64,000 nt of DNA from Methanomicrobiales archaeon (GCA_025350045.1 JANXYM010000075.1:1039-65038); one strand, 5' to 3'. Counted from the first letter of the stretch, positions 39,928 through 49,673 are shown. A program made the numbers and translations. Notes: generated from the sequence alone by a model not told the origin.

Positions 39928-40986
39928 ATGGTGAAATTATCAACACGGGCCTGGTTTGCACTTACCATCCTCTTTTCCCTGACTGTCATCATCATCATCT
40001 TTGCGACTACCTTCAACCAGGAAACGATTGGCTATATTCTCTCGTTCAATCTCTGGTTCCTGGGACTTGCCATCCTGTTCCGTATCGTTGCGCTGGTGCT
40101 CTGGGGCATCAGGATTCAGCTGATGTCGGGCTCGCTTGGTTACCGGGTAAAACTCACGTACTGCGTGAACATGGTCCTCGCCGGGCTGCTTGCCGGAACC
40201 ATCACACCCGGGCAGGCAGGTGGCGAACCGGTCCGGGTGCATGAACTCTACCGGGCCAATGTAAAAATCGGTGATGCTACTGCAATAGTAATTATGGAGC
40301 GGGTCCTTGACGGGATCATCCTCACGGTCATGGGGATCCTGCTCATGATCCTGATGACCGGGTATATCGAGAGCATTTTTAACCCGACCCTGGTTATCCT
40401 TGTCATCATCGCATGGATCTTCCTGATCAGTTTCCTCATTATTCCTGTTCTAGCCATAAAGTATCCGGAACGGACAAAAATTTACTTAATGAGACTGGTC
40501 CACTGGATCGCACCCTGCCTCGGCAGATTCTCCTCATCGCTCCAGTCGGTAACAGAGCGGGCAGATCATGAGATTGACAATTTATTTGAGAGTATGACCC
40601 GGTTTACCGGCACTGCCTGGAGAGGTCTGGTCTTTGGGGGAATCGTAACTGCATTATTCTGGATCAGCGAGTTTCTCGTTGCTTCGGTCATTATGATGGG
40701 CCTGGGTCTTGGCCCTTATATTCTTGAATCCTTTTTCTTCCAGATCCTCATTGCCATCATCATGATGATCCCGCTCACACCCGGCGCATCAGGAGTAACC
40801 GAACTATCCACATCGTCGCTTTATGCCCTGATCATACCCTCGGGAATGATCGGGATCTTTGTCATCCTCTGGCGATTTGTGACATTTTACTTAAATATCA
40901 TACTCGGCGCCGCTGCAGGGCTTGCCATTTTCAAGCGTGAACTGAAGTACCAGAAAACAGAAGTAGAGCCCGGGAAAACCGGATAA
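39928..40986 (+). CDS. UPF0104/lysylphosphatidylglycerol-synthase-TM (flippase-like) membrane protein
   Basis: 'TPGQAGGEP', 'ERVLD', 'PLTPGASGVTE', 'LWRFVTFY'; start at ATG 39928 behind GAGGT. Confidence 0.85.
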   Translation: MVKLSTRAWFALTILFSLTVIIIIFATTFNQETIGYILSFNLWFLGLAILFRIVALVLWGIRIQLMSGSLGYRVKLTYCVNMVLAGLLAGTITPGQAGGEPVRVHELYRANVKIGDATAIVIMERVLDGIILTVMGILLMILMTGYIESIFNPTLVILVIIAWIFLISFLIIPVLAIKYPERTKIYLMRLVHWIAPCLGRFSSSLQSVTERADHEIDNLFESMTRFTGTAWRGLVFGGIVTALFWISEFLVASVIMMGLGLGPYILESFFFQILIAIIMMIPLTPGASGVTELSTSSLYALIIPSGMIGIFVILWRFVTFYLNIILGAAAGLAIFKRELKYQKTEVEPGKTG

Positions 40987-41008
40987 ATGCCCGAAAAAGC
41001 TCTGTTGA

Positions 41009-41764
41009 TTATCTTTCCTCTTTTTTTGCATTGAGGCTGTTCTCGGTCTTTTTCTGGGAACTCTGGTTTTTGTACTCCCTTTTTGTATAGGTAAACCGCT
41101 TGGATATGCCACCGCACAGGACTATCCAGTACCATTCAAAGATCGTCTGCCAGAACCCGTACTGGTCATATCGCCGGAAATCGAACCCGATTTTCAGGCC
41201 GGGATTAAAGATGACCCGTCCCTCTTTGCGCATACGGGTAGCCACTTCCAGATCGTCTCCTGCATCCATAACCCTGTACAGTCCGGCACGCTTCAGGGCC
41301 TCGAGATTAAAGATGGTGTTGCAACCCAGCGTGTAATAATAGAGGTGGGTTACCGCACCAAACCGCATCAGGATATCGAACAACAGGACATAGCGCCGGT
41401 TTTTTGGCGTAGCTTCAATCGCGGTCACCGGGCCAAAGGCAAGAACCACCTTTGGATCTTTGAACGAATGGAGGATTTGCTCAATCCAGTCCGGCGCTGC
41501 TATGCTGTCTGCATCCGTTGTTGCGACGATCGCATATTTTGCCCGGGCAAACCCGTCATTGCGTGCTCCGGGGACCCGCTCCGATTCCTGGATAAAGACA
41601 AGATCTGCATACTCTGCGGCAATTTCCCGTGTCTTGTCGCGGGAGTTCCCGTCTACGACGATCAATTCATAGGAACTGCGGGGAACGGTCTGGTGAGACA
41701 GCGCCAACAAGCATCGTTGTATTGTGGCCTCTTCATTGTATGCAGGTATAATTACGGATATCAT
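41009..41764 (-). CDS. Glycosyltransferase family 2
   Basis: 'ISVIIPAYNEE', 'VVDGNSRD', 'TTDADS'. Confidence 0.92.
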   Translation of the reverse strand: MISVIIPAYNEEATIQRCLLALSHQTVPRSSYELIVVDGNSRDKTREIAAEYADLVFIQESERVPGARNDGFARAKYAIVATTDADSIAAPDWIEQILHSFKDPKVVLAFGPVTAIEATPKNRRYVLLFDILMRFGAVTHLYYYTLGCNTIFNLEALKRAGLYRVMDAGDDLEVATRMRKEGRVIFNPGLKIGFDFRRYDQYGFWQTIFEWYWIVLCGGISKRFTYTKREYKNQSSQKKTENSLNAKKEER

Positions 41765-42197
41765 GATCGGGGAGTGAAATACTAAAATAAAACCTGAAAT
41801 TTATCTGTGGTATTGGGTATGGAACTCAATATATTTAGCCAATCTCACAGACAAGCACACTTGCTGAAATCCTGCCGGGCAGTAACTAAACCGGACCCGG
41901 TATCATTTTTTGTACATATTTTCATGTCAGGTTCATATTAAATTACCAGAATCGTTGAAATCGTGATGGCGTAAGGAGGATTCCCCGCCTCATGGCCTCT
42001 CTTTAGGCACGGCGGGGCGGATTGCCGTTAATATTTTTGGGAAATTGATCCGCCGCGGGGCTGGTCATCATTCATCGCAATCTTAAAACTATGAGAAAAC
42101 TTCTTTTGTAACATATTTTATTGTTAACTGCTACTCCGGTATCGCTGGCCGTTCCTGCTTGTGACATGGGTTAAAATTCTTTACAAAAGCCTCCCAC

Positions 42198-42713
42198 TCA
42201 CCCTTCCTTCTCCCCCCCAATCCGATCCTCCAGCATACGACCATGCGAACCGTTCCAGTAGAGTTTCTTACACTGCTCGCACCAGTGGAAAGACAATCCC
42301 CGCCAGTCCTTTGGCGCATAATCAGCACCCGCTATCTCGCATTCGAACGCTTCCCTTACGGGGGTGTTGCAGAGCGAACACCTGCTCATCATCACTCTTC
42401 GTTTGATCAAACCGAGTTCAATGAGTTGCTGCACCTGTTCAATCACGTCTTCTGACCGGACGAGCACTGCCCGGTCCCTGCCGCGCCGGGCTAATTCAGC
42501 GTCCCGGGTGAGCAGGATGCGTTTTTCCTGAAGACCGAGTTCGAGGAGGAGTGTGTCCTCCTTTGCATTGCCCTCGGCCAGACCGTTGGCACTGGTCGTA
42601 TCATACCCCATGAACCGCAGGTAACGGGTGAGCGTGCCGTGCATACGGTCAGCGATAAAACGAGGCTCGGTGTCGAAATTTTTTTGACCGGGGGTACCGT
42701 GTTCAGGAGTCAT
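42198..42713 (-). CDS. Mut7-C RNase (PIN) domain protein with zinc ribbon
   Basis: 'ADRMHGTLTRYLRFMGYDT', 'LLTRD', 'RCSLCN', 'CEQCKKLYWNGSH'. Confidence 0.88.
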   Translation of the reverse strand: MTPEHGTPGQKNFDTEPRFIADRMHGTLTRYLRFMGYDTTSANGLAEGNAKEDTLLLELGLQEKRILLTRDAELARRGRDRAVLVRSEDVIEQVQQLIELGLIKRRVMMSRCSLCNTPVREAFECEIAGADYAPKDWRGLSFHWCEQCKKLYWNGSHGRMLEDRIGGEKEG

Positions 42714-43716
42714 GACGCACTATCTCGATTTTTTCTCCACAGTGTGTGCATTCATTACCGTCAAGTGCTATAAAGCGGCTGGAAAATCCCTGCCGCTCGA
42801 TCAGCATCGTGTTGCAGGAGGGGCAGTACGTGTTCTCACCGGGATTATGGTACACGTTGCCAAGGTACGGAAACCGGAGGCCCAGTTCTTTTGCTCTTTT
42901 GTAGATCTTTTCCAGCGTTGCCACAGGTGTCGCTCCGCGGTTGATCATCTTATAATCCGGGTGGAACGCAGAGAAGTGCATCGGAGTTTCCGGCCCGATA
43001 TGCTCGATCACCCAGCGGATCAACCCCTCCTGTTCTTCCATGCTGTCATTGAGTCCCGGTATCACCAGCGTGACGGTCTCGACATGCATACCCAGTTCCC
43101 GGGCCAGCTGTGCGGAGTCGAGCACCGGCTGGAGTTTCGCACCGCAGATCTTTTTGTAGAAATCATCGGTAAATGCCTTGAGATCCACCCGGAAGGCACC
43201 GAGCATGGGTGCGAGCTCGCGGAGAGCCTCTTCCGTGATGTACCCGTTTGTCACATAGATCGTTCCGAGTCCTTTTGCCCGGGCAATCATGCCCATATCC
43301 AATGCGTACTCGTGCCAGATCGTAGGCTCGTTGTAGGTCCATGAGATACTTGCAGTCCCGCTTGCTATCGCCCGCTTCACTCCTTCAGCCGGTTCCAGCG
43401 AACGGAGCATGGCTGTATCCAGTTCCGCCCGGGAGATATGCCAGTTCTGGCAGTGCTCGCAATGGAAGTTGCAACCGACAGATCCCAGCGAGTACGACAG
43501 GGTGCCGGGCAGGTAATGAAAAAGAGGTTTTTTCTCGATCGGGTCAACCGCTTCAGCGCTGATCCTGCCGTACGTCATTGCCTTGAGCGAACCCTGTTCG
43601 TTCACCCGAACGCCACAGATGCCGTGCTTGCCGTCACTGATCGTGCACCGGTGGCTGCACAGCGAACACTTTACCGCATTATTTTCTGTTTTTGTATACT
43701 GGCGTGCCTCGTGCAT
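42703..43716 (-). CDS. AmmeMemoRadiSam system radical SAM enzyme
   Basis: 'CSLCSHRC...GICGVR', 'DPIEKKPLFH', 'GCNFHCEHCQNWHIS', 'TYNEP'. Confidence 0.92.
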   Translation of the reverse strand: MHEARQYTKTENNAVKCSLCSHRCTISDGKHGICGVRVNEQGSLKAMTYGRISAEAVDPIEKKPLFHYLPGTLSYSLGSVGCNFHCEHCQNWHISRAELDTAMLRSLEPAEGVKRAIASGTASISWTYNEPTIWHEYALDMGMIARAKGLGTIYVTNGYITEEALRELAPMLGAFRVDLKAFTDDFYKKICGAKLQPVLDSAQLARELGMHVETVTLVIPGLNDSMEEQEGLIRWVIEHIGPETPMHFSAFHPDYKMINRGATPVATLEKIYKRAKELGLRFPYLGNVYHNPGENTYCPSCNTMLIERQGFSSRFIALDGNECTHCGEKIEIVRHDS

Positions 43717-43734
43717 ACCCTGATCCCCGGAGTG

Positions 43735-43908
43735 TTATTTGAGATGGTCTTTATTCTCTTTTTCTATCTCCCTGAAAGCATCAGCGCCATCGATCTCGAG
43801 CACAAACGAACCACGGTATCCGCAGTCCTTGCAGAGAAATACCTGTCCCACACACCCGCCGGCAACGGGAAATATCTCCTGGCTCTTACAGTTCGGGCAG
43901 TAAAACAT
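43735..43908 (-). CDS. Small C4 zinc-finger protein
   Basis: 'CPNC' ... 'CKDCGYRG', 57 aa; start trimmed to ATG 43908. Confidence 0.75.
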   Translation of the reverse strand: MFYCPNCKSQEIFPVAGGCVGQVFLCKDCGYRGSFVLEIDGADAFREIEKENKDHLK

Positions 43909-43951
43909 AGTAAACAACTCTATATGAGCATCAGGTACAAAAACTAGTGCA

Positions 43952-44656
43952 ATGAGGAATATCGTCATCTCGCTGGGCGGTTCGATCCTGATCCCATCTC
44001 TTGAGAAGAACCGGATCAGCAGCTATGTCCCGGTACTCAAGGAGATTGCAGAGCACCACCGGCTCTTCGTTGTAGTTGGCGGTGGCGGTGCAGCCCGGGA
44101 TTATATCGTTGCTGCCCGAAATCTCGGCGTGGATGAGGGAACCTCCGATGAGATCGGTATACTGGTCACCAGGCTCAATGCCACGCTCCTGATCGCGGCC
44201 CTTGGGGATGCAGCCTACCCGAAAGTTGCGGAGAGTCATTCCGAGGCAAAGAAGTTTGCCGAATCCCATAAGATTGTGGTGATGGGGGGTATTACACCGG
44301 GCCAGACCACCGATGCGGTCGCCGCGGTACTCGCTGAACGCGTGAGGGCATCGGTTTTTATCAACGCCACCTCGGTAAACGGGATCTATGACAAAGACCC
44401 GAACAAGCATCCGGGTGCACAACGCTTTGAGACCCTGACTCCCCAGCAGCTGCTGATGGTTGTCAGCCAGATTGGTCTTGGTGCAGGATCCAACAACGTG
44501 CTCGACATCATCGCTGCCCGGATCGTCGAGCGCAGCCATATTCCTCTGGTTGTACTGGATGGGACAGACCCGGAAAACCTGCAAAATGCCATCCTCAACG
44601 GCACATTCACCGGAACTGTCGTTTCGGAAAACAACAAATCTCCCCTCCCCGTTTGA
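43952..44656 (+). CDS. pyrH: UMP kinase
   Basis: 'VISLGGS', 'VVGGGG', 'PGQTTDAVAA', 'NGIYDKDP'. Confidence 0.96.
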   Translation: MRNIVISLGGSILIPSLEKNRISSYVPVLKEIAEHHRLFVVVGGGGAARDYIVAARNLGVDEGTSDEIGILVTRLNATLLIAALGDAAYPKVAESHSEAKKFAESHKIVVMGGITPGQTTDAVAAVLAERVRASVFINATSVNGIYDKDPNKHPGAQRFETLTPQQLLMVVSQIGLGAGSNNVLDIIAARIVERSHIPLVVLDGTDPENLQNAILNGTFTGTVVSENNKSPLPV

Positions 44657-44708
44657 CCGTGGGAGACCATTACCTATTTTTATCATAGCGGCACATCTAT
44701 GATGTCGC

Positions 44709-44783
44709 GGGGTAGTAGGGTAGCCTGGTCCATCCTAGAGCGTTTGGGACGCTTTGACGGCGGTTCGAATCCGCCCTACCCCA
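44709..44783 (+). tRNA. tRNA-Pro(UGG)
   Basis: Acceptor GGGGTAG/CTACCCC+A, anticodon stem GAGCG/CGCTT with loop TTTGGGA, T-loop TTCGAAT. Confidence 0.95.
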
Positions 44784-44789
44784 TTGGCT

Positions 44790-45449
44790 ATGAAAAAACA
44801 GGACGCAGCGCAGATATATTCTCTTCTTGTCAAGCGTTATCCGGATGCCCGGGATTCTCCCGCTATTATCTCGAAAGGTTCTGCCTTTGAAGTGCTCATC
44901 CTCACGATCCTGTCAGCGCAGACTACGGACCGTGCAGTGCTGAAGATACGAGAGCCGCTTTTTACGAAATACCCAACGCCGTCTGCCCTCGCGATAGCAC
45001 AGACGGAAGAGGTGGAGCACATCATCCACAGTCTTGGCTATTATCACGCAAAAGCCCGCAATATCATCGCTGCCTCCCAGACCTTACTTTCTGCATTTGG
45101 AGGAAAGGTTCCCGAATCGATGGACGAGTTGCTCACTATTCCCGGGGTTGGCAGGAAGACTGCAAACATCGTGCTCTACCACGCGCTCGGCAGGAACGAA
45201 GGGATTGCAGTTGACACTCATGTACGAAGGCTGGCACAGCGGATTGGTTTTTCCAATACCGATAATGTCACGATGATTGAACGGGATCTTATGGCACTCT
45301 TCCCGCAGGAGCAATGGGGTGATCTCACCGATGTCCTGATAGCCCATGGGAGGGCATGCTGCGATGCGAAGAAGCCCCGGTGTGAAGTGTGCCCAATCAG
45401 TTCGCGGTGCCGGTTTTTCACGAGCCCGGTAAAAAAGAGCAGAGAATAA
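44790..45449 (+). CDS. nth: Endonuclease III
   Basis: 'ILSAQTTD', HhH 'IPGVGRKTA', 'VDTHV', 4Fe-4S 'CCDAKKPRCEVCPISSRC'. Confidence 0.97.
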   Translation: MKKQDAAQIYSLLVKRYPDARDSPAIISKGSAFEVLILTILSAQTTDRAVLKIREPLFTKYPTPSALAIAQTEEVEHIIHSLGYYHAKARNIIAASQTLLSAFGGKVPESMDELLTIPGVGRKTANIVLYHALGRNEGIAVDTHVRRLAQRIGFSNTDNVTMIERDLMALFPQEQWGDLTDVLIAHGRACCDAKKPRCEVCPISSRCRFFTSPVKKSRE

Positions 45450-45451
45450 TT

Positions 45452-46483
45452 TTACGATCCGACAATCAGCCGGATCACTGCAAATGAAACAAAACCGATG
45501 AGGGCGCTGATCGGGATTGTCAGGATCCATGCAAGAGCGATGCTGCGTGCGACCCCCCATTTTACCGTACTTGCACCCATGGTGGTGCCCACCCCCATGA
45601 TCGAAGTGCAGATCACATGGGTCGTGCTCACCGGAATTCCCATAACTGAAGCGCCGAGAATCGTTGCAGCGCCAGCAGTTTCTGCAGCAAATCCGTGCAC
45701 CGGGCGCAGCTTGGTGATTTTGTAACCCATGGTTTTTACAATCCGCCATCCCCCGGAAAGGGTTCCCAGGGCAATTGCGGCATACGAAACCAGAATAACC
45801 CACAGGGGGACGGGTAAGTGGTTGGGATCAACCGTGGCGCCATAATATCCTATGGAAAAAAGAAGCGGGAGAATTATTCCCATCGTCTTCTGGGCATCAT
45901 TGGTCCCATGGCTGAAACTGTAGGCTGCCGCTGAACAGAGCTGGAGCCGTTTGAAATGAGTTTCAGCAGTTGATTTATGGGCATTCTTGGTGATGTTGAG
46001 CACGAGTGCCATGAACAAAAATCCAATTGCAAAACCAATCAGAGGGGAGAGGATCATGAATGTCGCCACGAGCTCAACAGTGGACCACTTGATCGCTACT
46101 ATCCCTGCTGCTGAAATGCCGGCACCGACAATCCCTCCAATCAGTGCATGGGATGACGAAGTAGGCAGGCCAAAAAACCAGGTGATAAGGTTCCACACAA
46201 TTGCACCGGTGAGTGCGGCGAGAATGATGTAGGGAACCATAATGGTGTCGACAACCTCGAGTTGAATGATTTTGGAGATGGTACTTGCGACTGCGACCCC
46301 AAATCCGAACGCTGCAATAAAGTTAAAAAATGCGGCAAAGACAACCGCATTTCTTGGTGAGAGCACTTTTGTCGAGACAACGGTTGAGATCGAGTTTGCA
46401 GAATCATGAAACCCATTGGTATAATCGAATATCAGCGCAATGGCGATGATCGCAATAACCAGGAAGAACGGTGCCTCTATCAT
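45452..46483 (-). CDS. Inorganic phosphate transporter (PiT family), copy 1
   Basis: 'NGFHDSANS', 'HGTNDAQK', 'PVSTTH'. Confidence 0.95.
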   Translation of the reverse strand: MIEAPFFLVIAIIAIALIFDYTNGFHDSANSISTVVSTKVLSPRNAVVFAAFFNFIAAFGFGVAVASTISKIIQLEVVDTIMVPYIILAALTGAIVWNLITWFFGLPTSSSHALIGGIVGAGISAAGIVAIKWSTVELVATFMILSPLIGFAIGFLFMALVLNITKNAHKSTAETHFKRLQLCSAAAYSFSHGTNDAQKTMGIILPLLFSIGYYGATVDPNHLPVPLWVILVSYAAIALGTLSGGWRIVKTMGYKITKLRPVHGFAAETAGAATILGASVMGIPVSTTHVICTSIMGVGTTMGASTVKWGVARSIALAWILTIPISALIGFVSFAVIRLIVGS

Positions 46484-46510
46484 GCAAATTCCTTAGTGTG
46501 ATTCGGTCCC

Positions 46511-47140
46511 TTACGAGTGCCGTATTGCGATATCTGAGAGGATGTTTGCGACATCTTCACAATTATCCGTAGCCGTTTCAAGATGCTCGTAGATATCCTT
46601 GAGTTTGATGATCGTGATAGCGTCTGTAGTCTTGAAGAGTTCCGTTACCGCATGCGCAAGCACATCGTCAGCCAGGTTTTCCAGCCGGTTTACCTCAATA
46701 CAACGTTCTTCAATATACCGGGGATCTTTGATTGAACGGATAGCTTTTACCGCACTTTCGATCTCGATACTGGACATATGGATCAGTTTTGCCAGTTCGA
46801 TCATGTGGGAATCAGTACCCTCAATATTGTAATAATACATCTTCTCAGTGGCGCCATCGATATAGTCCAGCACTTCGTCAAGAGATGAAGCTAGTTTTGA
46901 GATCTCTTCGGGATCCATCGGGGTGATGAATGTATTGTTCAGCTGCAGGTAGATATCATGGGTGATCTGGTCTCCCTTATGCTCGAGTTTCTCGATCTCG
47001 TGGCGCTTCTGCTTGACATCCGTAAAATCCTCGGTAAGGGCGACGAGCTGCCAGGCAGCCTCCTTAATAACCCCCGCCTGTTTTTCAAACAGGTCGAAAA
47101 ATATCTTATCCTTTGGTATCAACAACTCACGAAGACCCAT
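46511..47140 (-). CDS. DUF47 (PhoU-like) phosphate transport regulator, copy 1
   Basis: 'LEHKGD', 'FITPMDPEEI', 'LENLAD', 'ATDNCED'. Confidence 0.92.
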   Translation of the reverse strand: MGLRELLIPKDKIFFDLFEKQAGVIKEAAWQLVALTEDFTDVKQKRHEIEKLEHKGDQITHDIYLQLNNTFITPMDPEEISKLASSLDEVLDYIDGATEKMYYYNIEGTDSHMIELAKLIHMSSIEIESAVKAIRSIKDPRYIEERCIEVNRLENLADDVLAHAVTELFKTTDAITIIKLKDIYEHLETATDNCEDVANILSDIAIRHS

Positions 47141-47197
47141 AACAAACCTACTGGTAATCGGTTGCTGTTCTTAAAAAATATAGCGAAATTATGCAGG

Positions 47198-48391
47198 TCA
47201 ATATACCCGGGTCAAAGCAAAACTGACAACCATGTATCCTGTCCATGACACTGCCAGCGCGAGCGGGATGGTGATTATCCATGCGGTCATCATCTCGCGT
47301 ACGACCTTCCACTGGACTGCGTTTTTACCCCGTGTTGCCCCGACGCCAATTATCGCGCCATTGATTGCGTGGGTAGAAGAGACGGGTATACCCTGTTGGG
47401 TGACCATCACGAGAATGGCACTGCTGGCAGTTGCCGCACAGAATCCCTGGTATGGCCGGATCTTGGTGATATCCTTTGCCATTTTATCGACCACCTGCCA
47501 CCCCCCAAAACAGGTGCCAAGGCCGATGGCAACTGCTGATGCAAGAAGTACCCAAAGTGGCACTTCGAAAGCAAGCAGCATCCCGGAAGAGACCAGCAGG
47601 GCGGTGATAACCCCAGCAGCATGCAGGCCATCGTTTGCACCGTGGGCTGTTGCCTGCACGAGGCATGCGAGGATATGCAGGGGCTGGAAGATGTGTTTCG
47701 CCCTGCTCTGCCGCGAGTGTTTGATGAGCTGGGTGACAAGGACATTAAAGAGAAATGCACCCGACATGCCGAGGAGTGGGGATATGAAGATGAAGAGCAC
47801 GATCGCAAAAAGGCCGTGGAGCTGTATTACCCCGCCAACCATCAGCACCGGAATGATTATTCCCGCTCCACAAACACCTCCCAGCAGGATCCCGTACCTG
47901 ATATCTCCTTCAAACGCTGCACAGATGATAGCAAGTACAAGAGCCCCGAGAATCGCCCCGAGAATCGCATAGAAAAAAACCTGATACACGGTGTCAATAC
48001 TGGGAAGGATCACCGCGGAAAAACCAATCGCCCCGATCCCAGCTCCCAGTAATCCTCCCACCAGAGCGTGACTGCTGGAGAGCGGGATTCCCATACGGGT
48101 TGCGACAAATACCAAAACGATCGATGCCCCCATTGCCACGACAATAGACAGCGGGGTAAGTGCACCGGAGGTAACGATCGCTGTTCCGATGGTAGTTGCA
48201 ACCGCGATCGAGAAGACAAACGGCCCGAGCATATTGCAGATCGCCGTGGAGAACACTGCCTTGATGGGGGATAGTGCCTTTGTGGCTACAACCGTTGCAA
48301 TCGAGTGCGAGGCGTCATTGAGACCATTTACAAAATTTAAGGCAAGTGCAAGAATGATGCCAAACAGGATGATGGGTTCCATGCCGTTCAT
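47198..48391 (-). CDS. Inorganic phosphate transporter (PiT family), copy 2
   Basis: 'NGLNDASHS', 'HGANDG', 'PVSSTH'. Confidence 0.9.
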   Translation of the reverse strand: MNGMEPIILFGIILALALNFVNGLNDASHSIATVVATKALSPIKAVFSTAICNMLGPFVFSIAVATTIGTAIVTSGALTPLSIVVAMGASIVLVFVATRMGIPLSSSHALVGGLLGAGIGAIGFSAVILPSIDTVYQVFFYAILGAILGALVLAIICAAFEGDIRYGILLGGVCGAGIIIPVLMVGGVIQLHGLFAIVLFIFISPLLGMSGAFLFNVLVTQLIKHSRQSRAKHIFQPLHILACLVQATAHGANDGLHAAGVITALLVSSGMLLAFEVPLWVLLASAVAIGLGTCFGGWQVVDKMAKDITKIRPYQGFCAATASSAILVMVTQQGIPVSSTHAINGAIIGVGATRGKNAVQWKVVREMMTAWIITIPLALAVSWTGYMVVSFALTRVY

Positions 48392-49017
48392 GCGTGGCTC
48401 ATCACGATGTCATTGAGTGCGTGCCCGACATCATTGCACTTCTCCATCACCCGGCCGAGCCCTTCATAAATATCCTTGAGCTTGATGATCAGCAGCAGAT
48501 CCTTTGTCTTGAAGAGATCGAGCACTGCTTTTGCCTGCAATTCTATCGACAGGTTATATATCCGGTTTATCTCGGTTGCATGGCTCTTCACATCCTCAGG
48601 CTTTTTCAGGCTTTCAAGGGCCGTCACTGCATCGACGATCTCGGTGGCAGAGAGCATGATCAGGTAGGAAAATTCCTTTAATGTCTCGTTGCTCTCGGCG
48701 AGCTCGTAATTGCAGATCTGCTGGGTGACCCGGTCAATGCGGTCCATGACATCGTCCATGACTGGTGCCAGCCGGGAAATCTCTTCGGGTTCGAGTGGGG
48801 TGATGAGCGATTCGTTCAGCTGTTCGTACACATGACGGGTGATCTCGTCACATTTATGCTCCAGCTGCCGCACCCGGTGAGATTTTTCTGTGCCATTCGG
48901 AAGTTCATGAGTAATCTCGTTTAATGTGATGGAAGCTTGAGCTATCATCTCCGCCATCTCTTTAAAGAGAGTAAAAAAGACCTTGTCTTCGGGAAGAATT
49001 AGATCACGGATACGCAT
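48388..49017 (-). CDS. DUF47 (PhoU-like) phosphate transport regulator, copy 2
   Basis: 'LEHKCD', 'LITPLEPEEI', 'LKDIYE'. Confidence 0.88.
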   Translation of the reverse strand: MRIRDLILPEDKVFFTLFKEMAEMIAQASITLNEITHELPNGTEKSHRVRQLEHKCDEITRHVYEQLNESLITPLEPEEISRLAPVMDDVMDRIDRVTQQICNYELAESNETLKEFSYLIMLSATEIVDAVTALESLKKPEDVKSHATEINRIYNLSIELQAKAVLDLFKTKDLLLIIKLKDIYEGLGRVMEKCNDVGHALNDIVMSHA

Positions 49018-49142
49018 AAGGGGTCTGAATAGACCCTCTGGTATTCAAGTATAAAAACGTGAGGCATCAGTAGTGCAGACGCATCTCATCGTTGCATGAT
49101 CCTGACGAAATGCGATAATGTCGATATTTCGGAATCTTTCAA

Positions 49143-49673
49143 TTAAAAAAATAATCCGGCTTTCCGGTACATTGGTTGAACCTCTGCTCCTTCAAGGTTC
49201 CCTCCTGCCCAGATGTATCGCTCGCGTATAGTTGGCGGTAACTCTTTTTCTGCGATCGGTATGAACCCTTGTTTTGTGTAAAAATCGATCAGGTGACGGA
49301 CAGCATGCATATACAGGTTATCATTATGGCAGGCTTCCACGAGTGCCCCGACTGCGAGCCGCGAATAGCCTTTCCTGCGATGTTCCGCCGGAGTAAAAAT
49401 TCCATCTATGTCCATACCATCCGGATGACGACGGCACCGGGCTAAAGAGACAATCTGGTCTCCTGCAAAGGCCGCAAAGATCCTGTCAGTTACAGGATTC
49501 CCGGTTGTCTCGTGGTACTCTACCCATATCGTATCAGCTGCAGGAAATTCAATTGCCTTAAGTTCACGCACACGTATCCCGCTCTCCTGGTGACAGCCAT
49601 TCTTCTGTAACGTGTCTTTTGAGATATCGGCGCCGTTTTTTCTGGTTGCAGGGATCCCCTCTTTTTCTATCAT
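49143..49673 (-). CDS. GNAT N-acetyltransferase
   Basis: 'HRRKGYSR', 'LIDFYTKQGF'; paralog of the GNAT at 30974-31676. Confidence 0.85.
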   Translation of the reverse strand: MIEKEGIPATRKNGADISKDTLQKNGCHQESGIRVRELKAIEFPAADTIWVEYHETTGNPVTDRIFAAFAGDQIVSLARCRRHPDGMDIDGIFTPAEHRRKGYSRLAVGALVEACHNDNLYMHAVRHLIDFYTKQGFIPIAEKELPPTIRERYIWAGGNLEGAEVQPMYRKAGLFF

